Origin: Octopus bimaculoides
Taxonomy: Eukaryota
Reading direction: 5' to 3'
Length of the DNA stretch: 64,000 nucleotides
NCBI RefSeq assembly: GCF_001194135.2
Contig: NC_068981.1
Location: forward strand, 167,017,549-167,081,548
Part shown: positions 38,131 to 51,023 of the stretch, piece by piece
Layout: each line of letters starts with the position of its first letter
Numbering within the stretch: position 1 is the stretch's first letter
Notes under the pieces: model-generated
What the model saw: only the letters and a program-made list of their open reading frames with translations
What the model was told of the DNA's origin: nothing
Database searches by the model: none
Translations under genes and position numbers: made by a program

Positions 38131-39947
38131 TGTGGAGAACCAATAATTGTTGAACATCCAACTCATGCCAGCATGAAAAGCAGACGTTAAACAATGATGA
38201 TGATCTTCTAACCTTGAAGAGACAAGCCAGTCATTGGGATTTGGTCCTAGTTATGTTTAGTTGCTTATAGGTTTCATTGTGTGGCTTCTGTATCAGAACT
38301 GAATGGTGAAACTTAAAAGTAACAGTCACTCTTTATAATATAAAGTATATCTACTTTAACTGATGTAGAGCCCCAACCAAAATGTAATGTTTATTCACTG
38401 TACAACACATGCCCATATATATTAAACACTCACTTCACAAAATCAGTTATATACTTTACTACCTATCTTGAACCTAGAAAGTTAATTTATTATCAAACAA
38501 TTAAGTAAACAGATCATAAATATCTTAATATATAACACTACCATACTAAGAGCAAAGTGATAGACATCATATGACATGGTGTTTATGTTGTGTCAAACTA
38601 AATCATAGTAATTCATATAAAATGTGCAAACGTCTATGATGTAGTAACTAGGATTACCATGTCATAATAAAGATTCTGAGCAGCTGATCTATCTCGATCA
38701 CTGTATGCATTAACGAGCAATAATACATGATACGGTATAATACACACACAAATGAGTGCATAAATGAAAGAAACTGGCATTCAATATATCAGGTAGGAGT
38801 TAAATATATTTTTAATAAATTTTACTCAGTTCCATATGACAATGTTTTGTGGGCACACAGGACAAGTGTATATCATGGTCATCTTGAATTTATCTAAAAT
38901 CTCTCATTGACATCTGATGAGATGGACACATCCTATGCACCTACAAAACTTAAAGGTCATATGGAGCCAAGCCAGACTGTTATGTATATGTATACATACA
39001 CCCATATACAGTATATGATGCTGAGGTGTTGCAAATTTAAAACAGAACATAAATGAATATTGAACAACTTCATGACGTTTGGGCGACCCTGTATAGCTCA
39101 TTAATGGCATCTTGGCCAAGTACCTTTACCAAACCTTGTGAATGAATCAGAGTTGAGCAAAACTGTGTAGAAGCTCATCAGATGGACTCTATCTATAATT
39201 CAAATGGTCCAGCCTAGTCATACTGATTCCGTTTGTGCATTAGAGTAAGTGTACATGTCTGGGAAGCACTAAGCCACCTCACATGCTAATTTTCAATAAG
39301 TAGGTTCTTTAGTTGATTGAACAACTGGACACTCACATATCAAAATCAACATGAGAGTATATATTTGTTTTTTTTTTTACTTGCTAGCAAAAGTTAGATG
39401 GGGAGGTAGTAGAAGTAAGAACTTTATGGAATGCTATTCCTGTCACCAACCCTTACCTGTGTTTCAAATAAAGAAAACAATTTCAAAGCAAGGAGTTAAC
39501 AAATGATTTGTTGTTGGGAAATGTCAACAAACGTCTCCAGTTGCAGTCTAGCCACAAATGGTGACATCATCATCTACAGCTCAGCCACAAATCATGAAGT
39601 CAACATATGTGGCATAACTAACTATGGTCTGTAAATATTTGTAGACACATATATGTAAAAATACTTGATTCAAAGAGAAAGGGGACCAAAAATAAATATG
39701 TACAATACAATGGTATAATTATGCATACGCACAACTGGCAGACTTCTTTCAGTTTCCATCTGCCAAATTCCATCACAAGGCATTATTTAGCCAAAGGCTA
39801 TGGAAGACTGGTAGGAAACATTTATCTAAGGTGTCATTGTGGGACTGAACTTGAAGTCACATAACTGAGAAGTAAACAATGTATGTATGCATATAGATAC
39901 ACACACACATCTGAAAACAAAATTGTCATTTCACGTCTATTGTTCAA

Positions 39948-40100
39948 GCTGGCAGGGAATGGATGGTCTGACCAGAGCTGGCAGGGAATGGATGGTCTGA
40001 CCAGAGCTGGCAGGGAATGGATGGTCTGACGAGAGCTGGCAGGGAATGGATGGTCTGACGAGAGCTGGCAGGGAATGGATGGTCTGACCAGAGCTGGCAA
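39948..40100. repeat. 29-bp minisatellite, 5 units
   Basis: gctggcagggaatggatggtctgac(c/g)aga at 39948, 39977, 40006, 40035 and 40064. Confidence 0.95.
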
Positions 40101-40239
40101 GCTGTACCAGACTCCAGTCTGATTTGGCATAGTTTCTATGGCTGGATGCTTTTACGTGGCACTGCCACGAGTACTTTACAATACCAGAAGGACTGATCTT
40201 AAAACTTTTGCTGCAGACTATATATATATATGCACACAC

Positions 40240-40545
40240 ATGCAGAAATAATCATCATAGTTAGTTGAACTTACAGTGCACTGGGAAAAGAGACCTGACA
40301 TTTCTCACCAGCTGAAGGAAACCAAATTTCAGGACTTGGTTCATGAGGCACTAGTTAAGGGATGGCATGCAGCCTCATTCCCTACTGAAGTCAGCTACTG
40401 CAGCTTTTTAGCTGCATTGGTGCACTATTTCCTGCAGAAGATTGGTCTGTAACCCTGACAACTAAAGAAAGCCACCAAGGAGAGAGGCATGGCACCTGAA
40501 ACCAGCTCAAGGTAGCTATGATTAACAAGAGACCACAAGTGAATT
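40240..40545 (+). mobile_element. Remnant of restriction-like endonuclease (RLE) non-LTR retrotransposon C-terminus
   Basis: LVELTVHWEK...HQLKETKFQDLVHE...GWHA..FPTEVSYCSF...LQKIGL*...LKKATKE...ETSSR*L*LTR matches the ELTVPWE...K..KY..L...GW...P.EVG.RGF pattern as recalled. Confidence 0.72.
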
Positions 40546-40749
40546 CTTCCAAAGGCAAAGACTAATTCAGTCCCTACTGCTCCGTTCAGGCAAAGCATAC
40601 AAGTTAAAGGGTAAAACTCTTGTGGTCCTGAGATACCTGCTGATGATACAGAAGAGTTTCCAACACTGATGGATTCAGAAAAGATTGCAATATCTCTGAG
40701 TTGCAAAGCATCTCTGATGTTTTTTTTTTCACCTGTATATATATTAATA

Positions 40750-41971
40750 TATTAGGGTATTTGTAAAATAATTGTGTTTTTTCACCATGAAATACGAATT
40801 AACCATTCACGTCAGAATCATGGTCAAATGGGCGTGTGCTATCTAGAAATAGTATATCATCTCTTCTATCTGGCAGTCTGTCATTTATAATCATTTCGGT
40901 AATTAATCCCATGGGGGATAAGAACTTTATGAAACAAAAGTACTGTTACAGGAGCAATGAAAGACATTTGTGAAGTGTATCTGAATGCAGTGAAATCTCA
41001 TACATGTCAGCTGTGGCTTAAAAGGTTTAAAGATAGTGATTGTGACATATCCAACAAGCTTTGCTCTGTTACACGACCACTCAGAATGACGACCTTTTGA
41101 ATGAGACTATTGTATTGGATCTACATCAAAGCATCAGAAATTTGGTGCAAAAATTTAATGTATCATGTTCAATTATCCACGAACATCTCAAGCAACTTGG
41201 GAAAACATGCAGAGAAGGAATTTGGGTTTCACATGAGCTTACGCTTGAGAACTGATCACAATGTTCCACTATCTGCAGCAGTCTTCTAACCAGGAATAAC
41301 AACCTGTCATTTCTTCAGCAAATTATTACAGGTGATGAAAAATGGGTTTTACATCACAACAGGAAATGAAAAAGACAATGGCTATCATGTAATGTGAGGT
41401 CAGTGCCAATAACAAAAACCAGAACTCCACTCACAAAAATCCTTGCTTTGTGTTTAGTGGAACATTACAAGCTAATGGAACTTGGAAGCGCCATCAATGC
41501 AGATGTTTACTGCCAACAACTTGATTGTGTAAATGAAACATTATGTCGAAAATGGCCAGCCTTGGTAAACAGAAAAGCTGTTATTCTCAAGCATGACAAT
41601 GCATGGCCACAATCTTCAAAACAAACCCAAGATAAAAAAAGATTGTTAGGATGGGAAGTTCTTCCACATCCTCCATGCTCACCTGACTTAGTACCTATGG
41701 ATTTCCATCTGTTCTGATCACTAGAACCATTTTATAAAAGGCAAAATATTCAGAAACAAAGAGGAAGTAGAAAATAGTCTTTTAGACTTTTTTCAGGAAA
41801 AGAAATAGGTCTCTTTGAATGTGACATAAAAAAGTTACTTTCCCATTGGGCTGTGGTCATTGAAAACAATGGTGATTATATTCTTGATTAAAATTATTCA
41901 GATAAATGTAGTTTACATTTGTTTTTATGTCCTTTCTGGTAAAACAAAACTACTTTCCGAATACCCTGATA
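40750..41971 (+). mobile_element. Full-length but decayed mariner transposon (~1.22 kb)
   Basis: Imperfect TIRs tattagggtatttgtaaa / ttccgaataccctgata. Motifs WVSHEL, IITGDEKW, HDNAWP, CSPDLVPMDFHLF and terminal WAVVIENNGDYILD*. Has stops and frameshifts. Confidence 0.92.
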
Positions 41972-43379
41972 CATACATACATACATACATACGTACACTA
42001 CAATTTCAAAAAGATCCCACACACAATATAATATTTACTGAAGTTGGAAAATATCCTATTTAAATGTGGTACCATATAAACATTTCTCAAAAGTACATAA
42101 AAGATTGGAAAACATTAGAAAGTTATACAAAATTATAAACAAACAATGCAGGTGGATTGTAAAAGAAATACTGTTCCTAACAAATGAAAGCTATAGCCTT
42201 AGGCATTAACTTAGACATTTATTAGTGAAGCAGACAATTTGACAGAAGTGATGGCCAATATGGATTTACAATCCAGATAACATACAAACATGAAATTTTA
42301 AAAATCAATTCCTAGTCATGAGTGAAGAAAACACAAAATGTATGCATTTTGAACAAATATTGTACAGCTTTATCATACAGTAAAAAATATCTCTTATTTG
42401 AAGTTTCTCTAAAATTAAACAACCAAATAATTTGCCATGACTGAAAGCAGAAAGCTGTTTCCTGTTGCGCACACAGACAGACAGACAGAAAGCCTGGCAG
42501 GAAAATCTAATGATTTTTAAAAGGTAATAAATTTAATCGATAGTGATGAATGTTTGCAAGCTTGGTGATGTTGAGCAGCAAAAATGACACCATTTCAATA
42601 GCTGTTAAGCAATGGAATGCATACTGTCATGCCTCTGTGATTGAGATATAAATTTTAAGAGTGGTAACTCAATTACTCAAATGCAACAAAATTTTTATTT
42701 GTATTTCAATATGAGTCATCATGGATAATTGCGTAGTGGGAATATAACACTGTTGTTGGTGAAAATATCAGAGAATATTGAAGCTGTTAGGTGAGCTGTT
42801 GTGAGAGTCATTCTGCAGTTGGCATTTCAGGTTGTAGTATATGAAGTATACAGAACCTTGATTTAAAATTTCACTTTTGTATGATTGTGATTGTGCAAGA
42901 AATATCATCATCATCATTTAATGTCCACTTTCCCTGTTAGCATGGGTAGGACAAGGAACCAGTGAGCTGCAGGGCAGCATCAAGACCCAATGCCATCTTC
43001 AGCATGGCTTCTATAGCTGGATGCCTTTCCTAATGCCAGCCACTTTATTATAGATAGGTAATGCAAGAAGACTGTGGAAGCCATTGTGATTAAAAGAAAG
43101 AATTACTGTCTCTAACAGGTGAGGGCAATATTTTTATGCATTAACTTTGACCACCACCATCAACATCACGATTGTCATCATTTTCCTCCTTTAACATATT
43201 TTCCCATGCTGGCATGGGTCAGATGGTTTGACCAGAGTTGGCAAACCAGAGAGCTGCGCCAGGTTCCAGTCTGACTTGGCCTGAATTCTATGGTTGGATG
43301 TCCTTCCTAATGCCACCCAATGCTGGGTACTTTTAATGTGGCTTCAGCATGACCAGTAAACATCAAAGAATGTCTATAA

Positions 43380-43640
43380 TTTCCATGGACTCTATAAAGA
43401 AATGTTTACTAAGCTTGTAATTTTCCAGTCTTGTAAAATAATCCTAGACTTTTGTGAATATTTCCTTTGGGGTTACCTCAAAGGGAGAGTCTTTATCAAT
43501 GAAAGAGATGGACTGAGTAAACTATTGGAAATTTCAGCAATACCTCAAAACACGATGACACATAATGAAGAATTTTTGAGCTAAGGTATAAGAATGTATG
43601 TGAAACAATGGTAGGCATCTGGATGATATATTTAGACTAA
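43380..43640 (+). mobile_element. IS630/Tc1-family transposase remnant
   Basis: CEYFLWGYLKGRVFIN motif, as in the 26298 element. Confidence 0.65.
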
Positions 43641-43754
43641 ATGAGTAGTTACTTACGTATTCCCTACATGTTTATAAATGGCAGACACCATTCTATACCT
43701 TCAGACAACAAAGGTTGTCAAAATCTATTGGATCTTCTTGCTGGACCATATGTA

Positions 43755-44135
43755 TGTGTGTGTGTGTGGTAAGAAGCTTGCTTCTCAATCACATGAGTCT
43801 GGGTTCAATCTCACAGCATGGCACCTTAGGCAAATGTCTTTTACTATAGCCTCAGGCCAATTAAAGCCTTGTGAGTAGACAGAAACTGAAAGAAGGTCAT
43901 TATATGTATGTGTGTGTGTATGTGTCTTTGTGTCCCCCACCATCACTTGACAACTGATGTCGGCGTATTTACATCCTCATAACTTAGTGGTTTAGCAAAA
44001 GAGACCGATAGAATAAGTACCAGGCTTAAAAAAAAAAATAAGTGGTGGAGTAATTCATTCAACTAAAATTCTTAAAAGCAGTGCTCCAGCATGGCCAGTC
44101 ATAAGACTGTGGCCATGCTGGGACATAAGTAAAAG
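43755..44135 (+). mobile_element. CORE-type SINE
   Basis: gggttcaatctc B box, gcaccttaggcaaatgtc and gtgctccagcatggcc tail motif. Boundaries approximate. Confidence 0.82.
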
Positions 44136-44137
<2 letters not shown>

Positions 44138-44195
<58 letters not shown>

Positions 44196-45040
44196 NNNNN
44201 NNNNNNNNNNNNNNNNNNNNNNNNNNNNNNNNNNNNNNNNNNNNNNNNNNNNNNNNNNNNNNNNNNNNNNNNNNNNNNNNNNNNNNNNNNNNNNNNNNNN
44301 NNNNNNNNNNNNNNNNNNNNNNNNNNNNNNNNNNNNNNNNNNNNNNNNNNNNNNNNNNNNNNNNNNNNNNNNNNNNNNNNNNNNNNNNNNNNNNNNNNNN
44401 NNNNNNNNNNNNNNNNNNNNNNNNNNNNNNNNNNNNNNNNNNNNNNNNNNNNNNNNNNNNNNNNNNNNNNNNNNNNNNNNNNNNNNNNNNNNNNNNNNNN
44501 NNNNNNNNNNNNNNNNNNNNNNNNNNNNNNNNNNNNNNNNNNNNNNNNNNNNNNNNNNNNNNNNNNNNNNNNNNNNNNNNNNNNNNNNNNNNNNNNNNNN
44601 NNNNNNNNNNNNNNNNNNNNNNNNNNNNNNNNNNNNNNNNNNNNNNNNNNNNNNNNNNNNNNNNNNNNNNNNNNNNNNNNNNNNNNNNNNNNNNNNNNNN
44701 NNNNNNNNNNNNNNNNNNNNNNNNNNNNNNNNNNNNNNNNNNNNNNNNNNNNNNNNNNNNNNNNNNNNNNNNNNNNNNNNNNNNNNNNNNNNNNNNNNNN
44801 NNNNNNNNNNNNNNNNNNNNNNNNNNNNNNNNNNNNNNNNNNNNNNNNNNNNNNNNNNNNNNNNNNNNNNNNNNNNNNNNNNNNNNNNNNNNNNNNNNNN
44901 NNNNNNNNNNNNNNNNNNNNNNNNNNNNNNNNNNNNNNNNNNNNNNNNNNNNNNNNNNNNNNNNNNNNNNNNNNNNNNNNNNNNNNNNNNNNNNNNNNNN
45001 NNNNNNNNNNNNNNNNNNNNNNNNNNNNNNNNNNNNNNNN

Positions 45041-45070
<30 letters not shown>
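44138..45070. repeat. (TA)n microsatellite spanning an 845-N gap
   Basis: TA runs on both sides of Ns 44196-45040. Confidence 0.85.
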
Positions 45071-45079
<9 letters not shown>

Positions 45080-45427
45080 TAAACACATACATGTCTTATT
45101 CTTTACATCTGCTTATATATATATATGTAACACTTATAAGATATATAAATATATATATAATTCTGGTTCATTCCCAATGCGTACACCTTAGACAGGTATC
45201 TTCTGCTGTAGCCTTGGGCTAACCAAAATCTTATTTGTAAGTGGATATGGTAGATAGAAACTGAAAGAAAGATATCACATACGCACACACATGTATATAT
45301 GTATGTTTATATATTTGTACATATATATGTGTGTGTGCATAAATGTATATAGGTATGTGTGAGTCTGAAGCTCTTTGGATAGTTGTAAATGAGTATCACA
45401 ACCATATAAGTTGGTCATTCATTTTCA

Positions 45428-46192
45428 GTCATCATCATCGTTTAACGTCCGCCTTCCATGCTAGCATGGGTTGGACGATTTGACTGAGGACTGGTGAAAC
45501 CGGATGGCAACACCAGGCTCCAATCTAATTTGGCAGAGTTTCTACAGCTGGATGCCCTTCCTAACGCCAACCACTCAGACTGTAGTGGGTGCTTTTACGT
45601 GTCACCCGCACGAAAACGGCCACGCTCGAAATGGTGTCTTTTATGTGCCACCCGCACAAGAGCCAGTCCAGGGGCACTGGCAACGATCTCGCTCGAAAAC
45701 CCTACAANNNNNNNNNNNNNNNNNNNNNNNNNNNNNNNNNNNNNNNNNNNNNNNNNNNNNNNNNNNNNNNNNNNNNNNNNNNNNNNNNNNNNNNNNNNNN
45801 NNNNNNNNNNNNNNNNNNNNNNNNNNNNNNNNNNNNNNNNNNNNNNNNNNNNNNNNNNNNNNNNNNNNNNNNNNNNNNNNNNNNNNNNNNNNNNNNNNNN
45901 NNNNNNNNNNNNNNNNNNNNNNNNNNNNNNNNNNNNNNNNNNNNNNNNNNNNNNNNNNNNNNNNNNNNNNNNNNNNNNNNNNNNNNNNNNNNTGTCTGTA
46001 CGTATTGTCGTCGTCGTTTAACGTCCGCTTTCCATGCTAGCATGGGTTGGACGATTTGACTGAGGACTGGTGAAACCAGATGGCTACACCAGGCTCCAAT
46101 CTGATTTGGCAGTGTTTCTACAGCTGGATGCCCTTCCTAAAGCCAACCACTCAGAGAGTGTAGTGGGTGCTTTTACGTGTCACCCGCACGAA
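45428..46192 (-). mobile_element. Two tandem RTE-3'UTR retroposon copies separated by a gap
   Basis: 45428-45707 has a (CAT)n tail and 46008-46192 has a (GTC)n tail variant. Both are near-identical to 26882-27336. Confidence 0.85.
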
Positions 46193-46978
46193 GTCATCTG
46201 TGAGAAACATATCTGGAAATAATACCATTCTTGAAAATAAATGAGGTTTGGCAACAGGAACAGCGTCTAGTTGCAGAAAAATCTGACTCAATGAATTCTG
46301 CCTGACCCTTGCAAACATGGCACAAGTGCATGCTAAAACAATGAGGACGATAATATAAAATTAGTAATAAAAACAAACTGAGACAAGAACTCATTACCAC
46401 CTGTTCAGGTGAGCAATAGAATTGGTTGAGAGAGAAATGTGGGATTAAAAAGAATAAGGGCTGGGGACAGATATGAGAGTATGTCTTTGAAGGTATAAAT
46501 CAGCAGATTCAGCCTCTGTAGACTGATCAATAAAGCTTGAAAGGATCAATGAGATACGTAACAAAAACCATTTATATATGTGTATATATATATATGGAAT
46601 TAGTTAATCCTTAATCAATTAAACGGTTAAGGATTATTTTCTAAAACTCGATTCTTGGAGGGTAGGCAATAGCAAGCAGCAATGCCTGCGCACGCGCATG
46701 TGTGTGTGTGTGTGTGTGTGTGGTGAGAGAGAGAGAGTACGTGAGAGTGACATTGTTAAGTTCAGATACTGAACTTTTCAAAAGTCTTGTAGAATATTAC
46801 TTGTCCACTGATTAACAATGGACATGAGTAAATTTTTTCTTTACACATGCATACATGTATGTATGCATATACACAGATATGTATGTATGTAAGTGTATAC
46901 ATATGTACGTGGAGAAATACAACAATACAGATATTGGAGAGTATAAAAGTAGTTAATTGTTCGTATTAAATATATCTG

Positions 46979-47280
46979 TCACAAACACTCTTTCAGTGGA
47001 GAATACTGCATGTCTCTTTGTTGGCCTGGTATACGGAATCCACTAGAACAAGCAATGTTATTACCATCATCAAATTCTTGGTTATTCATGTCACTAAATC
47101 TGATGCTAGCTTGGTCATCTTTCTGTTGATTTCTGTTGAGTCGTTTGACTTTGGTACAAATACGATGGTAGTATAAAAAGACAGAAAGGAAAATTAACAG
47201 GAAACAGACAAGAACAATAACAAAAATCACCGTGCCACTCAGTTTCTGAGATTCCACAGATGTCTTTGTTCTACCAAATC
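46979..47280 (-). CDS. MEGF9: MEGF9-like last coding exon: transmembrane helix and cytoplasmic tail
   Basis: tttctttcag acceptor, phase 1, stop TGA at 46981-46979. Translates FGRTKTSVESQKLSGTVIFVIVLVCFLLIFLSVFLYY-HRICTKVKR...MQYSPLKECL*, with a ~22-aa hydrophobic segment followed by basic residues. Confidence 0.93.
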
Positions 47281-48208
47281 CTGAAAGAAAGAAATATAAA
47301 AGATATCAAAAAATTCCACTGTTAGAGAAATATCAGAATGAAAAAAATGCAGAAAAGTTATCAATTTTTTCTTTTTGTTTAACATTAAATATTGTAATTT
47401 TCATCAACTATATTGGTACAGGTATAACTCTGTAGTTAAGAAATTTACTTCCCAATTTTACCAAAATCTGGGTAATCTATATGAAAAAAAAAAACAAAAA
47501 TAAAAAAAGCCCAACTTCTTTGTTTTTCTTTTTTACAATATTCAGTTTCATAATCTGACCAAGAGTTAAATAGATATAAATGATCATACACCAAGTTTTC
47601 AAAATTAATGTTAATTTTAAAATTGCCCCATGAAGTTTTGATACCTACACAATACACTGTGTAACAAAAGTTTTATTTTCTTTTTATCTTTGGTCAGTAA
47701 GTGTCATTTCTTATTTGCTTCTATCTAGAAATCAAAGGAAATGACAACTATTCCCTTCAAAGTTTGCTTTTGTGACCTGGACACCAATGTTTTGAAACTG
47801 ACCTAATTTCCATTACATTTCAGACAGGTTCAACACTGAGTTGCTGAGGCAGAAATATCATTATAGGAAATGTTCTGTTCAATACCAGAGATTTGCTTGT
47901 CAGTTACTTGACCTTAACCTCTTGAGCATTTCCCTTAATGGCTGACAATAAGTGCACCTCTGATCATGTGCAGGAGTAGTAGGGGAGCATTATAGTTATG
48001 TGTTGAGAGGGATTCTTTGGGGTTTGAATAAATGTAACAAAAGCAAATTTTGAAAGAAATATTAGCTATTTTTCATACTTTCTAAGGGTAAGCAAATAAG
48101 AAATAACAGCTGCTACCCAAGGACGAAAATCGTGTTATGCTGTGTTATAGAGGCGAAACATAGATTAGAATTAAAAATAAAGAAAGAACTCAAACAATAA
48201 TAATTCAC

Positions 48209-48313
48209 CTTCATATGTGCAATTCTTATGTAGAATTGGGTCACCAACATAACCAGGAAGGCAGTCATCACAAGCGAAACCAGTTGTATTATGACGGCAA
48301 TGCATACATGCAC
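48209..48313 (-). CDS. MEGF9: MEGF9-like exon: end of LE module 3
   Basis: tttag acceptor and gtgaat donor. 105 nt, phase 1-1. Translates [34 protein letters not shown], resembling the last LE module of vertebrate MEGF9 as recalled (C..C.HNTTGF.C..CL.GY). Confidence 0.95.
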
Positions 48314-48798
48314 CTAAAGAAATATAAAACACATATTTTCTTTTCACCTTCAAATACTGTAGAAAGGAAATGACTACTATTCCCTTCAAAGTTTGCTTAT
48401 CACTTGGTCAAGATGTATGAGCTTTTAATAATGTTTAACACAATAGATTTTGGACCAGGCTGAATTTAACTATGTGGCTGCAAAACCACTTTAGCCAATC
48501 TTCTAATCAACCATCAGTGTGTCAGTCAGTTCTACAAGGCCCTATGTTTGGTTCCCTTTTATTCTATGTTTTTTGTCAACACTCATGAAAAATCTGTTGA
48601 AAACATGAGTTATTTGTAAAACTAAGATTAAGTGAGTGATTTTAAGATAGGCTGTTTGAACTAAAACCATATACAGCTTGGTTGAACATCAGATGCAGAG
48701 GAAAAGTTATAAAAAAATTCCTAAATCATAAGAATATTATATGTCTGACAATACAAACATTGCCAATAGTAACAAATTTGAAAAGCATAAAACCTTAC

Positions 48799-48957
48799 CA
48801 GTGCGGGGATTGCAAATCTCAGGGGAGTTCAGGTCAACATTGCCATTGCAAATGCACTTGGCACACATGTCATAATACGAAAAGTAGCCATTGTCACAAA
48901 CGTCACAATTTTTACCATTATAACCCTTCTTACAGTAGCAAGTAGCTACTTCTCCCA
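48799..48957 (-). CDS. MEGF9: MEGF9-like exon: LE module 2 and start of module 3
   Basis: tttcag acceptor and gtaagg donor. 159 nt, phase 1-1. Translates GEVATCYCKKGYNGKNCDVCDNGYFSYYDMCAKCICNGNVDLNSPEICNPRT. Confidence 0.95.
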
Positions 48958-49069
48958 CTGAAAGAAATAGGTTAAAAAATAATAAGTAGTGTAAGAAAAA
49001 TTAAAGCAATATAATGAAAAACAATCCATTTTAAGACAAAAAGATTATTATTATAAAAGTTCATTCATC

Positions 49070-49452
49070 TACTTGTTTCAGTCATTTTACTGCAGGCCAT
49101 GCTGAAGCACTGCTTTGAAGGGTTTTAACCGAACAAATCGACACCAGGACTTATTTCTTTAAGCCTAGTACTTATTCTATCAGTCTCGTTTGCCTAAATG
49201 CTGAGTTACAGGAATGTAAACACACCAACACTGGTTGTCAAATGGCGATGGGAGGACAAACACAGATACAAAGACACACACACATATATATACATGATGG
49301 GCTTCTTTCAGTTTCCATCCACCGAATTCACTCACTTTGGTTGACCTGAGGCTATAGTAGAAGATACTGGCCCAAGGTGCCATGCAGTGGGACTGAACCT
49401 GGATCCATGTGGTTAGGAAGCAAGCTTCTTATCACACTGCCACGCCTGCACT
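49070..49452 (-). mobile_element. CORE-type SINE in MEGF9-like intron
   Basis: Same family motifs as 59568-59979. Confidence 0.85.
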
Positions 49453-50414
49453 TATGTGTTCTTGTGGTAGTATTTTCCCAAATTAAAGTCTAGACTTGGA
49501 AAACAAGAAAGGCTTGAAAATATAGTCAGGTGGGCAAGTGTTTTCATAACATTGAGTTGACCAATGCCTTGGGAGATAAATTTAGCAGGTGGAAGCTCTG
49601 TGGAAGCCCATCCTGAATGTGTGTGTGTGTGTGTGTGTGTGTAAATTAGTCCACTGAACAATAGCTTGAAATATCTAAGTGATGAGTAAGATGGTGAGCT
49701 GACAGAATTTTAAAAGCACCAGCAAAATGCTAATGGCATTTCATCCACCTCTATGTTCTGAGTTCAAATTCTACTGAGGTCGACTTTGCCTTTTTATCCT
49801 TTTGGGGCCAATAAAATAAGTATCAGTTGAGCACTGGGGTTGATGTAATCAACAGGCTCCCTCTGTCGAAATTACTGGCCGCGTGTCAAAACGTGAAAAC
49901 AATATTTAAGTAACAAGTTATGTCCCTTTATGACATTCATTAAATATAGATAGATATACCAAAGTACCAGGAGCAATATAATCAATCAAAACTGTTGACG
50001 CTCAGCATTTTGCCCGGTATACTAATGTTTCTACCAGCTCACCGCCTTCTGAAGCAGAAATATTGTTATAGCAAATATTCTGCTCAATACCACAGACCTG
50101 CTTGTCAGTTGCTTGACTTTAACCACTTGAGCGTTTCCCTTAGTGGCTGGCAATATGTGCGTCTCTGATCACAAGCAGAAGTAGTGGGGGAGCATCATAG
50201 CTGTGTGTAGAGGATTCTTTGGGGTTTGAATAAATATAACAAAAGTAAAGTTTGAAGGAAGTATTAGCTATTTTCCATACTTTCTAGGGGTAAGCTAATA
50301 GGAAATAACAGTTGCTACCCAAGGACAAAAATCATATTATACTGTGTAATGGACAAATTAACAGATTTGGTTATGTCATTGCTGAAGAAGAAAACAGATA
50401 AAAAATGGACTTAC

Positions 50415-50606
50415 CTAGGGTACAAAAGAAACTCGACCTTGAATTGCAAGGGCAGGACAGGCAATAGCCATCTTTTTCATAGAAAAAGTGCTTACATTGA
50501 TGACAAAACAAACCAGTATATCCTTCCCGACAGGGACATATCTCTAAGGAATTCAGGTCACATTTCTCACCGCCAGGTTTAACTCCAGGAGAGTGACAAG
50601 AACAAA
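50415..50606 (-). CDS. MEGF9: MEGF9-like exon: laminin-type EGF module 1 and start of module 2
   Basis: atttcag acceptor and gtaagt donor. 192 nt, phase 1-1. Translates CSCHSPGVKPGGEKCDLNSLEICPCREGYTGLFCHQCKHFFYEKDGYCLSCPCNSRSSFFCTL, with 8-Cys LE spacing. Confidence 0.93.
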
Positions 50607-51023
50607 CTGAAATATTAGACAATGTCAGATTTTGAAATAAGAGCAATTGTGTAAAAGTGAATGCCAGACAAAGAAATATAAAAAAAAAAAGAAAGAAAAA
50701 TCCTCAAAAATAAAGAAGAAATGTGTAATTATTAAGTATTTGGTTTACTGACAAATTACTAGAAACAAACCTTATCTTTGTTGTTAAACAACAAACTGGG
50801 GAACATTAAACATTGTGCATGAATGACTGTCTGGTAAGAAGTTTGCTTCTGAACTACATGGTCCTGGGTCCAGTTCCATAGTGTGGAACCTTGGGCCATA
50901 GTCTTATGTCATAGCCCCAAGCTGGCAAAAGCCTTGTGAGTGGATTTGGTAGATAGAAACGAAAAGAAGCCTGTCATATGTGTGTGGGAGGGGGGGATGT
51001 CTCCTTGTCTTGACACTGCAAGA

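Noticed and set aside
39948-40100. 29-bp repeats as a CRISPR array
   Set aside because: The units are directly adjacent with no spacers, there are no cas genes, and the context is eukaryotic.
44055-45092. Long 310-345 aa ORFs (also 8918-9238, 29054-29689, 45494-46059, 58585-58857, 60803-61051)
   Set aside because: They are artefacts of N gaps and (TA)n runs.
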